NCBI RefSeq assembly: GCF_028641065.1 | Contig: NC_073378.1 | Coordinates: forward strand, 108,314,001 to 108,378,000 | DNA length: 64,000 nucleotides | From: Leucoraja erinacea | Lineage: Eukaryota | Direction: 5' to 3' | Part shown: in pieces, positions 1 through 29,799 of the stretch | Numbering within the stretch: the stretch's first letter is position 1 | Layout: the number at the start of each line of letters is the position of its first letter | Notes under the pieces: generated by a model | Told to the model about the DNA's origin: nothing | Databases searched by the model: none | The model's input: only the letters and a program-made list of their open reading frames with translations | Made by a program: the position numbers and the translations under genes

Positions 1-776
1 GCCGGTGAGGCAGCATCTATGGAAGAAACATTGTCTGAAGAAGGGTTTCGACCTGAAACATTGCCTATTTCCTTCGCTCCATTAATGCTGCCTCACCAGC
101 TGCGTTTCTCCAGCATTTTTGTCTGTCTGTATATTAGTCACTGAAAGTACGCATGCAGGTACAACAGGAGGTGAAGAAAGCTAATGACATGTCGACCAGA
201 GTTGTGAATTTGTGGAATTTTCTGCCTCAGAAGGCAGTGGAGGCCGATTCACTGGATGCATTCAAGAGAGAGTTAGATAGAGCTCTTGGGGCTAGCGGAA
301 TCAAGAATTATGGGGAGAAGGCAGGAACGGGGTACCGATTGTGAATGATCAACCATGATCACATTGAATGGCGGTGCTAGCACGAAATGCCAAATGGCCT
401 ACTCCTGCACCTCTTGTCTGTGTACCTATGTCATCCATTGTTTTTATCCAGAGATGCTGCCTGACCTGCTGAGTTACTCCAGCACTTTTTGTCTATCTCA
501 AATTTATTGGCTTCCGTAAATTGTCAATAATGTGTAGGATAGAACCAGTATACAGGTGATCGACCGTGGGCCGTATCATTGAACTAAACTAAAGATAGAC
601 ATAAAATGCTGAAGTAATTTAGCAGGATGTGCTGCATCTCTAGATAGAGAAGGAATGGGTGATGTTTTGGGTCGCGACCCTTCTTCAGACTGATTCAGGG
701 AAGAGGGAGATAAGGAAAGAAAAGGTGTGAAAACGAGACAAAGGGGGTGACACTCCACGGGACGGTCCGCCCCTAC

Positions 777-940
777 CTGCGCCATCGCGTATATTTACTG
801 GAGCTGGGGATGGCCGGAGGAGGTCTCCAACCAGACACAATTTTCGATGCTGCGCGGAGTCAGAGGCGTTACCAAACGGAACGCGGCGACTCTGATCTCG
901 GCGGAGAACGACCAGCTACAAGCGCCCGCTGTGAGTCCCC
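777..940 (-). other. Putative first exon of a divergent gene running off the left edge (coding part ATG GCG CAG = MAQ, 785-777)
   Basis: CpG-rich patch; strong Kozak gcgATGG followed by CAG|GTAGGG donor on the - strand. Identity cannot be determined from three codons. Confidence 0.4.
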
Positions 941-1261
941 ATCGCACTGCCAGCTCCAGCCCCTTCCCCTCTGGTCTCCCTCGCTGGCTCTTGCCCCCCT
1001 TTCCCCCATGGCTCTTCCCCATCTTTTCTCCGAGCTCTCTCCCACCACCCAGCCCCCTGCCCACACCGACCCTTCGCCCACATGCCAAACCCGCCCACCC
1101 CCTGGGCCCACACACCCGCCATGCCCACACACCCCTCCGCGAAGTAAGGAAGGAAGGAAAGAAGGAAAGAAGGAGGAGAGAAAGTAGGAAAAAAGGAAAG
1201 AAAGTTGGAAAGATGGAAAGAAAGAAAGAAGGATGGACTAGCCATTGGCGAAATTCTAGCG

Positions 1262-1668
1262 GCTAGAATTTAGAAGATTGAGGGGGGATCTTATAGAAAC
1301 TTACAAAATTCTTAAGGGGTTGGACAGGCTAAATGCAGGAAGATTGTTCCCGATGTTGGGGAAGTCCAGAACAAGGGGTCACAGCTTAAGGATAAGGGGG
1401 AAATCCTTTAAAACCGAGATGAGAAAAACATTTTTCACACAGAGAGTGGGGAATCTCTGGAACTCTCTGCCACAGGGGGTAGTTGAGGCCAGTTCATTGA
1501 CTATATTTAAGAGGGAGTTAGATGTGGCCCTTGTGGCTAAAGGGATCAGGGGGTATGGAGAGAAGGCAGGTACGGGATACTGAGTTGGATGATCAGCCAT
1601 GATGATATTGAATGGCGGTGCAGGCTCGAAGGGCCGAATGGTCTCCTACTCCTGCACCTATTGTCTAT
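1262..1668 (+). mobile_element. CR1 LINE 3' end (young)
   Basis: RGDLIETYKILKGLDR...RTRGHSL...FFTQRV...WNSLP; ctattgt tail. Confidence 0.9.
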
Positions 1669-1746
1669 GTTACTGAACGTGCTCAGGGTTTCAGCACCTG
1701 TTGTCTCTACACTGCCCCCTGTGGCAGCCACTCGCAACGTAGTGGG

Positions 1747-1782
1747 CAAAGATCCCGGAGGAGCGCTCCTCTAGGATCTTTG
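1747..1782. mobile_element. 36-bp palindromic micro-element (hAT-like), 8-bp TSD gtagtggg
   Basis: caaagatcccggaggagc/gctcctctaggatctttg flanked by identical 8-mers. Confidence 0.75.
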
Positions 1783-1947
1783 GTAGTGGGTGACGTGACG
1801 GACGTCCGGCGGAAGGGTTTTCCGTGCGTGCCGCGTCATTAATCCCGTGGTTTCGCCCACGCCCACGCCCACTGTGCCGCTGCCGCTGCCGCCGTCGCGG
1901 GGTCGGGTGAGGATTTGTTTTGCTCTCGTCGCCCCATCTCCGTCGCC

Positions 1948-19970
<18,023 letters not shown>

Positions 19971-21805
19971 CTAATGGCTCTCAAGCAAATTTGTAATTAA
20001 ATGATTTTTTGTACATATGCCATTTCTTGAGGTATTATTTCAAATCAAAATGTCATGACCTTCACTGCATTATGGAATGTGGCTTGGAAAACATATTTGA
20101 TATCATAACATGGGTTTCTATTTAATTCCTTTAAATAATGTGCAAGAAATATCTTGTAGAATTTACCTCTTAAAGTCTGTGTACTTTGATTAACACGTGT
20201 ACTATTTTGCTTGCAATGGATACTAAGCATGATTATACAAAAACTGATTTGTGGAAAATACGTGGGATCGCAATTTGCTGACGTACTTTAATAAACTGGC
20301 TGCAGACAAATTTTTAAGCTCTGTAAATCTATCTTCCTTATTATTACAATAAATAATTATTTTCAGACAATTGTAGCCTTTAATTAATAAACACACATTT
20401 ACAACTAAAGAACTGACTTTTAATCAGTTTTGCTGAATTGAATGAAACTAATTTATGTAAAATATTGAAAATCTATTTGGTGTGGTTGAAATAAGTTGCA
20501 CTTAGATGTTGGCTTGACCAAACAAGCAAGATGAAAGGATTTTGTGACACCAGTTTTGACTGTGGCTCTCCGATTCTGTTTAAAATATGCTGGCAGTGAT
20601 TGATTCTGAAATATTTTAATGTACAGGAGCATTGGCTCAACATGGCTTTTTTTCTTCATGAACGCTGTCTTTTTTCAATCAATTGACCGATTCTTCCCAT
20701 AATATAGGTGATATTTGTCAAATCTATTTCATCTAATTATTTTGTGGGAAACTAAAGTCAGTGAGTGATCTGAAGCAGGAGCACATTAATGCGGGAATCA
20801 AGATGATGGTGTGATTCAAACTAAAGCAGAGTTATTTTACATCTGACATAATTATTTCTTATGTTGGGAATATTTTATAACATTGGTGTAATCCTGTAGT
20901 ATTAATATATAGCCTTGTACAAAAGCCTACTTTATCAACTTGGATTAATGAAAAGATTGTCTACCTAAAATGTTTTAAATGTAAAAATAAAAAAACTTAG
21001 ACATGCCAAAGGTATTTATTTTTATTTGAACTTGAGTTCCGTTTCTTGCACACAATTATTTTGCGACGTTTATGATAGATTTGAATAAATGGTGGTTCAG
21101 AGGTTTGAATTTTATTGCAATGAAACAAGCCTAATGTCTGTAGTAAGAATGTTGCTGGAGAGAATTCTGACAGATAAGATTTGCATGTATTTGGGAAGAT
21201 TGGGGTAGATTAGGGATAGTCAGTCCTGTCTCGTATCTTAGTTTTTGAATAGGAGACCAAGAGGATTGACATGGGCAGGCCGTTAGACACTGTCTATTTG
21301 GAGTGCAGCAAGGCCTTTCACAAGGTCCTGGAAAGATCAGAAAGTTGAATCTCATAGTATCTAGTGAGAGCAAGCCAGTTAAACACAAAATTGATTTGGT
21401 AGGTGGTAGTGGAAGCAAGGAGCCTGCAGAGGGACTTGGACAAGTTGGGAGAATGAGCAAAGAAGTGGCAAGAGGACTACAGTGTAGCAAGGTCATGTAC
21501 TTTGCTGGAAGGAATAAAGGCATTGACTATTTTCTGAATGGTGAGAGGATTCTGAAATTGGAGGTGCTATGTGACTGGATTACTGGTGCAGAGTTCCCAA
21601 AAGGTTGATTTGCAGGTTGAGTTGGTGGTCAGGAAGGCAAATGCAATGTTGCCATTCATTTCCAAAGGACTAGAATATAAAAGCTATTAAGTAATGCTGA
21701 GGCTTGATAAGGCACTGGTCAAAGATTTGCTGACGATGGAGAGGATCCAAATGAGGTTTACAAGAATGATCCCGTGGGGGTTAATGTGTAGGAGCGTTTG
21801 ATGGT

Positions 21806-21939
21806 CTTCTTGCGTAGGGCGTGCACTGCCTAAAGTTGTAGGACAACCTGTTCTATTGATCTTATTTGATTGTGCACGCCGGGTTGATTGCATTCGTCAA
21901 AACAGGGCGGACCACGTGAAGGTTACAATCTTCCACTCT
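21806..21939 (-). mobile_element. Short non-autonomous retroelement with HDV-like ribozyme 5' end (copy 2)
   Basis: 12-bp TSD gcgtttgatggt (21794-21805 and 21940-21951); GAAG tail. Confidence 0.85.
21886..21939 (-). ncRNA. Predicted HDV/CPEB3-like ribozyme (copy 2, one P1 mismatch)
   Basis: AGAGUGG AA GAUUGUA ACC UUCACGU GGU CCGCCCU GUUUUGA CGAA UGCAAUC. Confidence 0.62.
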
Positions 21940-22949
21940 GCGTTTGATGGTTTTGGGCCTGTACTCACTGGAATTCGGAAGGATGAGGGAGGATCTCATT
22001 GGAACATCCCAAATAATGAAAGGCATAGAGTGGATCTGGAGAGGATTATTCAGTAGTGGGAGAGTCTAGGACCAGATAGTATAGCCTCAGAATAAAAGGA
22101 CGTATCTTTAGAATGGAGATGAGGAGGGATTTCTTTAGCCAAGGTGGTGAATCTAGAATTTATTGCCACGGGAGACCACATCATCAGGTATTATCAAATT
22201 GGAGATTGATAGGTTTGTGACTAATGAGAGTGACAAAGGTTATGGGGAGAAGAATAGAGAATGGGGTTGAGAGGGAAAAATAGATCAGTTATGATTGAAT
22301 GGCAGAGCAGACTCAATGGACCAAATGGCTTAATTCTGCTCTTATGATCTTATGAAAATGCAGCAGTTCAGAGATGATATTGGGTTTGTAAGTGCAAAAT
22401 TAGGCTATAAAGTTGCAGATGAAATTCAATAATTGTATAACAACATGAATTTTTGAAAGAAGAATAAGGAGATATGATGTAAATTAAATAGGTTAAATTT
22501 AATTACAGGAGAATGGAGAGCTGAGACATTGGGTATAACAGCTATTGGGCAAAATTCTTAATGCCGGTTGGTATATCTATATTACTAAAACTCTGTTCTT
22601 GACCGCTTTTGGCGATCTGTGCTGCGATTTCCAAGAGAACGCCTCCACCTACGGACGTCATTTTTGGCCACCTCGCTCAGAGCCCCCCTCCGCCGCATGT
22701 GTACCGAGGATTTTTCCAGCCGATGAAAAATGACAGAGATATTAATGATTTTACAAAATTCCCCATTCTCTCTGCTGTCCCCGCTGGCGGCAGGGGGGGA
22801 GGGACTATAAAACCAGGAAGTGGTGTGCCTCACACACTCTTCAAGATGGAGGAAGGCAGAGGGTCACGTTTCTCTGAGCTGTGAATAACACTGAACACAT
22901 GGATACTAAAATGTAAGTGTCCTTAGTGGTTCTAAAATGCTTGCAGAGT

Positions 22950-23597
22950 GTGCCTATTGGTTCTTAAGCTTGCAAATCAATGTCTATTGGTTCTAAAGCT
23001 TGCAAAAAAATGTCTATTGGTTCTAAAGCTTGCAAAAAGTGTCTATTGGTTCTAAAGCTTGCAAAAAGTGTCTATTGGTTCTAAAGCTTGCAAAAAAAAT
23101 GTCTATTGGTTCTAAAGCTTGCAAAGAAATGTCTATTGGTTCTAAAGCTTGCAAAAAAATGTATATTGGTTCTAAAGCTTGCAAAAAAATGTCTATTGGT
23201 TCTAAAGCTTGCAAACAAATGTCTATTGGTTCTAAAGCTTGCAAAGAAATGTCTATTGGTTCTAAAGCTTGCAAAAAAAAATGTCTATTGGTTCTAAAGC
23301 TTGCAAAAAAATGTCTATTGGTTCTAAAGCTTGCAAAAATATGTCTATTGGTTCTAAAGCTGGCAAAAATATGTCTATTGGTTCTAAAGCTTGCAAAAAA
23401 TGTCTCTATTGGTTCTAAAGCTTGCAAAAATATGTCTATTGGTTCTAAAGCTTGCAAAAAGTGTGTCTATTGGTTCTAAAGCTTGCAAAAAATGTCTATT
23501 GGTTCTAAAGCTTGCAAAAAGTGTCTATTGGTTCTAAAGCTTGCAAAAAAATGTCTATTGGTACTAAAGCTTGCAAAAATGTCTATTGGTTCTAAAA
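22950..23597 (+). repeat. Minisatellite, about 22 x ~30 bp (aaatgtctattggttctaaagcttgcaaaa)
   Basis: Directly visible tandem units differing mainly in A-tract length. Confidence 0.97.
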
Positions 23598-23946
23598 TGG
23601 TTCATAATAGCTCTTCAGAACATGATTCCCTAGCGCTTCCCACCAACCCAACAACCCCACTCCCCTGGTTGGCTTGGCTTGGGTGTGTCTTGAATTTGAA
23701 AGGCACTACTTACTGCAAATGGTGGCTTGGTTGCTTTGGCTTGAAGTTGAAAGGCACTACTTCCTGCAAATTATGGCTTGGGTGTGTCTTGAAGTTAAAA
23801 AACACACTGCAAATGTGTTTCAATCAAATGGCTTCATTGATTGTATATTGATTTCAGATAAAACGCTACCACTTGCCGTGTGATTTTTGGCCATCTTACT
23901 CAGTCCCCCTCCGCTGAGCAGATGCAGAGAATTCTTCCCATCAATG

Positions 23947-24167
23947 AATAATAATAATAATAATCTTATTTATATAGCACATTTTTAGTCAACTTGCATT
24001 GACCCCAAAGTGCTTCACATAATTACATTACATTTACACACAGGCAAAGGTGGGTGAAGTGTCTTGCCCCAAGGACACAACGACATTATGCACTCCAAGC
24101 GGGATTCGAACCGGCTACCTTCCGGTCGCCAGCCGAACACTTAGCCCATTGCGCCATCTGTCGTCCC
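23947..24167 (-). mobile_element. tRNA-derived SINE nested in the Helitron
   Basis: A box tggcgcaatgg, B box ggttcgaatccc and (ATT)n tail on the - strand. Confidence 0.8.
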
Positions 24168-24902
24168 AGATGAAAAATAAAAAGCGTTATTAGTTTTTTT
24201 TTAATGTTGAGAATCTCTCTCCTGTCAATCACTCCATGAAAGCCACACCTTTTCCGGTGGGGGGGAGGGGTTATAAAACCCTGAAATGTGGGTGTGGCTC
24301 AGTCTCTGCAAGATGGAGGAGGGAGTGGTCACGACTCGCTGTCTTTAGTGGTTTGCACCCTACTTCAAATGGTATGAAACTGCACTTGAATTTGGTGGCA
24401 TTGCACCCTGCTAGAAGTGGTAAGAAACTGCACTTGAATTTGGTGGCCTTATACCCTGCTTGAAATAGAATTAAGGATTAGCTGTGAGTCAACTACCAGC
24501 CCACCAGCCGTGAGTGAGTGAGTTTCCAGCACAACAGGCTTGATTGACTGAGACGCCAGCCCAAAATCCATTTGGCGCACAATTTGCATACTAGCCCTCT
24601 GGAAACCAGTACATTTAGTACATTGCTGTGTTGTTCCCAATCATATAAAATAGTTTAATATTATCAGTTTGCAAAATAATTTAAACACAGCTACCTAATG
24701 CCCAAGACTGAACACAATGTGTTTACTGTTCTCAAATGGGTATAATTTTGAATTAGATGCTGGTTTGGTGAAAGAACATTTGAAAAACATATACTTATGA
24801 AAACTCTTTGATAGGTGTTAGTGACTTAGAATTCTGCAGCTGATTCATTTAATTGCACTCTAAATTATTCTATATGCTTAGTATATTACTATATATACTT
24901 AC

Positions 24903-25025
24903 CTTGGTGCTTTTTATTGACTTTTTGGTGGAAGTGCTCTTACTTTTTCCCGATTTTTCCTTTCTGATGGGTTGTGTGCTCTTTCCTTTTGGTGAAAATT
25001 CCACCAATGGCCCCTGACATTTCCA
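24903..25025 (-). CDS. Cys-rich gene exon 3 (basic tail)
   Basis: tttctttattctcttgaatttatag acceptor; AAG|GTAAGT donor; 123 nt open. Confidence 0.8.
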
Positions 25026-28000
25026 CTATAAATTCAAGAGAATAAAGAAAAACAAATCAAAAATTCCCTTTGAAGGAACAAGACCTGAAAAGAATCATTG
25101 CTGGAAAATAAATATTTTCAATTAGTCTTTTTAAGAATTATGGAAGAGCTATGTTCAATGCTTCCACTTTTCATTATGTAATCAGCCCACTCTTCTCCTT
25201 ACAGCTCATGGAATCCAATCACGCAGCATTTAACTCTATAATGGTTGTGATTGGAGATCCAAACTAAACAGCAAATTTAGTGTCAGGCTCGGCTAATTTT
25301 CTCACCCAAATCCTATTTAAATGGCTCAGTACTGTATGACAAAGAGAATTCCTCAGAATTGAAGGAGGTTGGAAGAATTCACTACATATAAATTCGGAGT
25401 GAGTTCAGCATGTTTTAGATTAGGAAAGGAGAGCAATCCTCCATGTCTGCAGAAAAGTGATGAAGTGAATGGGAAGTAGTGGAGGACAGCATTAATATTT
25501 CCAAAGTGCATTTTTAACAGACTATATATGAACAAATAGGGCTGAATTTTACGCTGCTTCCTATCGACATGGTGCGAGTGAAGAGCTATGACAACTCATT
25601 TGTTAGTGGAGTTAAGATACAACACTGGTATTTTAAACGTAGAGAAGGGCAACCATGGGAGCATGAAAAAAAGAGCTAGTTGAAGCAAACGGTTAAGAAA
25701 TAAATCAGATGCATTTAAGTGGTTTTTTTTATTATGTAATAAATAAATGCGTTTCAACTCAAAATAAATTCGATGGGGAGAACTCAGTCGACTGTTATTT
25801 AAAGCAGTTAAAGAGTGTATCACATTGAAAGAAAATACATATGAATACACATATATCAATATATTGTCAAATCTTCTGATCTGCCACCCTGTGTCAAAAA
25901 TGACTAGATTAATAAGGTAAAATTAGAGTACAAGATAAAACTAGCTAAAATAATAACTTTAAAAAATATACTTAATATTATCACAGAGCTTTGTTCCTTT
26001 AGAAAGTGAGTCTGAACAACAAGTAGCAAAAAAGATCAGGCAGATGAGATATATAGGTATTTGTATCAGTTTTGTAAGAATTGAAGCAACATCACAGAAA
26101 TAGATATAAACTAGGAATTGGGAACTAAGAAACTCGGGGAAATGATACTGATGGAGCTGAGTGCTCATTAGTCTTTGGATCCTGATGGATTTCATCCTCG
26201 GGTCTTAAAAGTGGCTAATAAGATAGTTGGTGTATTGTTTTTCGAATTCTGATAAAAAATCCGTGAATCTGGGTAAAGTTCTATTCAATTGGAAAATAGC
26301 AAATGTAATTCTTTTATTACAAAAGTAGGAAGACAGAAAGCATGAAAATAAATGTCAGCTTGATATCCTTCATAGGGGTAACATTGGAAGGTAATATTGA
26401 ATTTGCTTTAGCAGGGCACTTATTATAGTTCAAAGAATCATGTAAAGCCAGTGTGAATTTGCAAAATCCAATTTGTTCAATTTATTGAAGATCTAACAAA
26501 TGGTGCATGTATGATACTTAATTTCCAAAAAACACGATGTAATGCCACTTTAAAAGGTTATTGCAGAGAATTAAGAGATTTATAAGGAAGTAATATATTG
26601 ATATGGATAGAAGATTTGCTGACAAACAGGGAATTGGAGAGCCTCCAATGGGCCATTTATTTGGTTGGCAAGTTGATATGAGCAGTGTGCCACAATGGTT
26701 AGTGTTGGGTCAATAAATCTTTACCATTTATATGATGGATGTGGAAGAAGCAAATGTATTGGTGCTACATTTGCTGATGATTCAAAGCTTGGTAGAATAA
26801 TGAAGAGGCCAAGGAGGTAACAAAAAAAAAGCAGATACAATCACAATGTAAAAAAAAAAGGCATTTGGACATTTACATGGATAGAGGAACAGTGAAATAG
26901 GCTAAATGCAGGAAATATGATGAGCGTAGACAGGCATCTCGGTTGGCACGGATGAGTCGGACTAAAGGGCTTATATTCATGCTGTACAAGACTAACCCAT
27001 GAGAGAAGGAATGGGTGACGTTTCGGGCGATCAGTCTGATTAAGGTTCTCGACCCGAAACGTCACACATTCCTTTTCTCCAGAGATGCTGCCTGTCTCGC
27101 TGAGTTCCAGCATTTATGTCTACCTTCTAACCCATGTGGTTGGGAATAGGTCTGCCAAAGTGTAAGAAATACATTTATAAATACCAACACATAAATAGTA
27201 AACGGCACAACCTATTTATTACCCAATGCCATTTAAAATATATATCTTCACTCAAGTAGACAGCGGTCTGGTCAGGAAATATTTGATTTTGGCTGGAATT
27301 GCAGGTTGCATTGATTTTGATTTTTTTCTCACCTCGAAGCATACTCTGCATTTAGTTGGTGCGGACATCTCGCCGACAAATTCGCCCTTACCACATTCTT
27401 TACAGTAGCGGGTCCCGCACCATTTACACATATAGGTCTGAACAAAAAGAGGAAGAAGTGACAGTATATATAGGATCCTGCTTTAATATCAATTGCATTT
27501 CATATTTCAGCCCAGGTCACAAATAATTAGCATTTGCGAGTGTAACATCATTTTTATATTGTATTGCAATGTTGCTATTTTCATTCTGCTTTCATTCTAT
27601 ATCTACTCTTTTCATCAGGTTAACATCTTAGCTACCTTTGCAACCTAACATATAAATTCTTCTCTCCTCCATCGTGTATAAAACTACCCTCCCTGTATGG
27701 AATCATCCCCTTTATGTCCATTCCCACATATGCTGCCTGATCCGTTAAATTCCTCCAACACTTTGTGGTTTGTTCCATGATTCCACCATCTGCAGTTTTT
27801 CATGTCGCTGACCCTCAGATCTCCTAGAAGCTCAGTGCAATGTTGACAGTGAAGACACTTTGGAGATGTTTTGTAATGCTCAAGGTGTTGTAAAAATTCT
27901 AAAGAAACCCCCGTTCGAATAACACACTTCAATTAACTGAACGCCAGCAACAGTGTTTCAGTATGAACCTTCTCAAACCTCTTCTAAACAATTATCAGAA

Positions 28001-28601
28001 TATCTGCGCTTCTGCATGTCAACGTGTTTTCACATGTGCTATCATAAGCGTGTGGTCACCTCTGGCTGTTGTTCTTCCTTTTCCAACGGTGTTTTCTACG
28101 GCAATCGATGACCTGCACTTTGAAACATTGGTATAAAGAGTAACCAGATCTGATTTGTACAAGTTCTTAAACTTTATGAAGTTCCACCCGCTGCTGATTC
28201 TGAAGGGTCCCGGACAGAAACATCGACTCTGTCAATTTCCTCTACAGATGCTGCCTGATCACCGACTGACTCCATCACTTTGGGTTTTACTCAAGTTTCC
28301 ATCTCCTTGTGTCTGCAGAATCGAGTATGACTCCTCTCTTGTTGACGAAATATATTCACCCATTTCCGTTCTATATATAAACATTAATCCCCGAGGTAAA
28401 AAATCTTTATCTCGTTGTAATTTATAAGGTTCCCAGCTTGCCTTTAATCACTACAGAAATAGGAGCACTCGCATTCATTGGTTCCGTGTTAAATTATAAC
28501 ATGTGCCTAAGAGACATAAAGATATTTACCGTGTTTATTTCGGTGCAGCCCCACCTGCACATTTTAAGGCAGTTGTCTCTGGGCCGGGCGGTAGTCAGCA
28601 T
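24903..28601 (-). CDS. Uncharacterised small Cys-rich (putative zinc-binding) protein with Lys/Ser-rich tail, at least 100 aa; last exon unresolved
   Basis: Three phase-0 exons with consensus splice sites (28601-28530, 27437-27333, 25025-24903) give MLTTARPRDNCLKMCRWGCTEINT-TYMCKWCGTRYCKECGKGEFVGEMSAPTKCRVCFE-WKCQGPLVEFSPKGKSTQPIRKEKSGKSKSTSTKKSIKSTK with no stops. Confidence 0.8.
27333..27437 (-). CDS. Cys-rich gene exon 2 (three CxxC pairs)
   Basis: cttcttcctctttttgttcag acceptor; GAG|GTGAGA donor; 105 nt open. Confidence 0.85.
28530..28601 (-). CDS. Cys-rich gene exon 1
   Basis: ATG at the edge of a GC-rich patch; ACG|GTAAAT donor. Confidence 0.72.
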
Positions 28602-29799
28602 TTGTTGAGAGCGGGGCTTGGGGCTGGGGCCGGGCCTGGGGCGGGTGCAGTGCGAGCCCTGGCCCTGAGCCGGCTTGATGCTGAGCCAGTGCGGTCTGTG
28701 TCGGCCGCTGCCGCTGCTGCTCAAGACTGGCTTTCACCTCAAAACAGTCTGTGACGTTCACACCGACATGGCGCCGGTGGTGTGAACATATCGACAACTT
28801 GATTTATTTCACAGAAAGGCAAATGGGAGTCGCAACATGATCCGTCCAATATTTTGGTGCATTTCAAATCCGTGTTCAGCACGGCACAGTGGCGCAGAGG
28901 TAGAGTTGCTGCTTCACAGCGCCAGGCACCCGGGTTCGATCCTGGCTTCGGGTGCTGTCGGGTTTGCATATTCTTTCTGTGACCGCGTGGGTTTCCACCA
29001 AGTTTGTAGGTTGTAGATGCGAATAATGCGAGCATTGGGGTAACGTAGAACTAGTGTGAACGTCTGCTTGATGATGGGCATCGACTCGGTGGGGCGAAGG
29101 GTCTGATGTATCTTTTGATAAACTAATGTTGATAACCCTCAATGCAGCACGGGAGATCCAGGAGCTGCTGAAGACCCAAGAGTTTTCCCGCTGGAGAACA
29201 TGGAAAGTCAAAGCGGGAGGAGGAATAGTTAATGTAGTTTAATATAGATAAGTGTGAGATTTGGCATTTTGGGAGATCAAACTTAGGCAGCTCCTCCACA
29301 GTGAATGGCAGACCGCTGGGGGGGGGGGGGGGGGGGGGGGGTTATAGAGCAGAGCGATCTAGTAGTGCAGGTGCATAGTTCCTTGAAAGTGGCGTCACAG
29401 GTAGATAGCGTCGTCAAGAAGGCTTTTGGTACTTTGGCCTTCGTCAGTCATGGTATTGAGTATATAAGTTGGCATGTTATGCACAAAAAAAGCTGTAGAT
29501 ACCAGAAATCTGAAATTAAAAAAAATATTTTTCGCAAATATTGTCTGACCATCTGACTGATTTTGACATTTTCTGTTTTAATTTCAAATTTCCAGCATTT
29601 AATTTTATGTTTATATTTGTTAAAAAAAAAAAACATTATTTGATTTTGTAGTTTTTTAAATTGTAATTGTCGCTGTTTGGTTCAAAATTGAATCTGAATC
29701 TGAATCTGAATCTGTTTGGTGAAGGAGGACGTGATGCCTAGAACAGTTGCTCTCCTTGTTTGTGAGGATGCTGGGCTGCATGGACCAGGAAACCCTTTG

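Larger units (their letters stand above)
21130..22353 (+). mobile_element. Degenerate CR1 hosting ribozyme-element copy 2
   Basis: CR1 RT and C-terminal remnants. Confidence 0.75.
22576..24610 (+). mobile_element. Non-autonomous Helitron-like element, 3'-truncated
   Basis: A|TCTATATTACTAAAA 5' end; shares internal and subterminal blocks with the 43111-44065 element. Confidence 0.65.

Noticed and set aside
22950-23597. CRISPR-like regular ~30-bp repeats and the 144/149-aa repetitive ORFs
   Set aside because: The units are contiguous with no unique spacers, there are no cas genes and the context is eukaryotic; it is a minisatellite and the ORFs are by-products.
24090-24167. tRNA gene (also at 44198 and 28877)
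   Set aside because: The A/B boxes belong to SINE heads that are followed by SINE bodies and tails.
28060-28112. Possible extra minus-strand exon of the Cys-rich gene
   Set aside because: Weak polypyrimidine tract, and its length would break the phase-0 frame that exons 1 and 2 already share.
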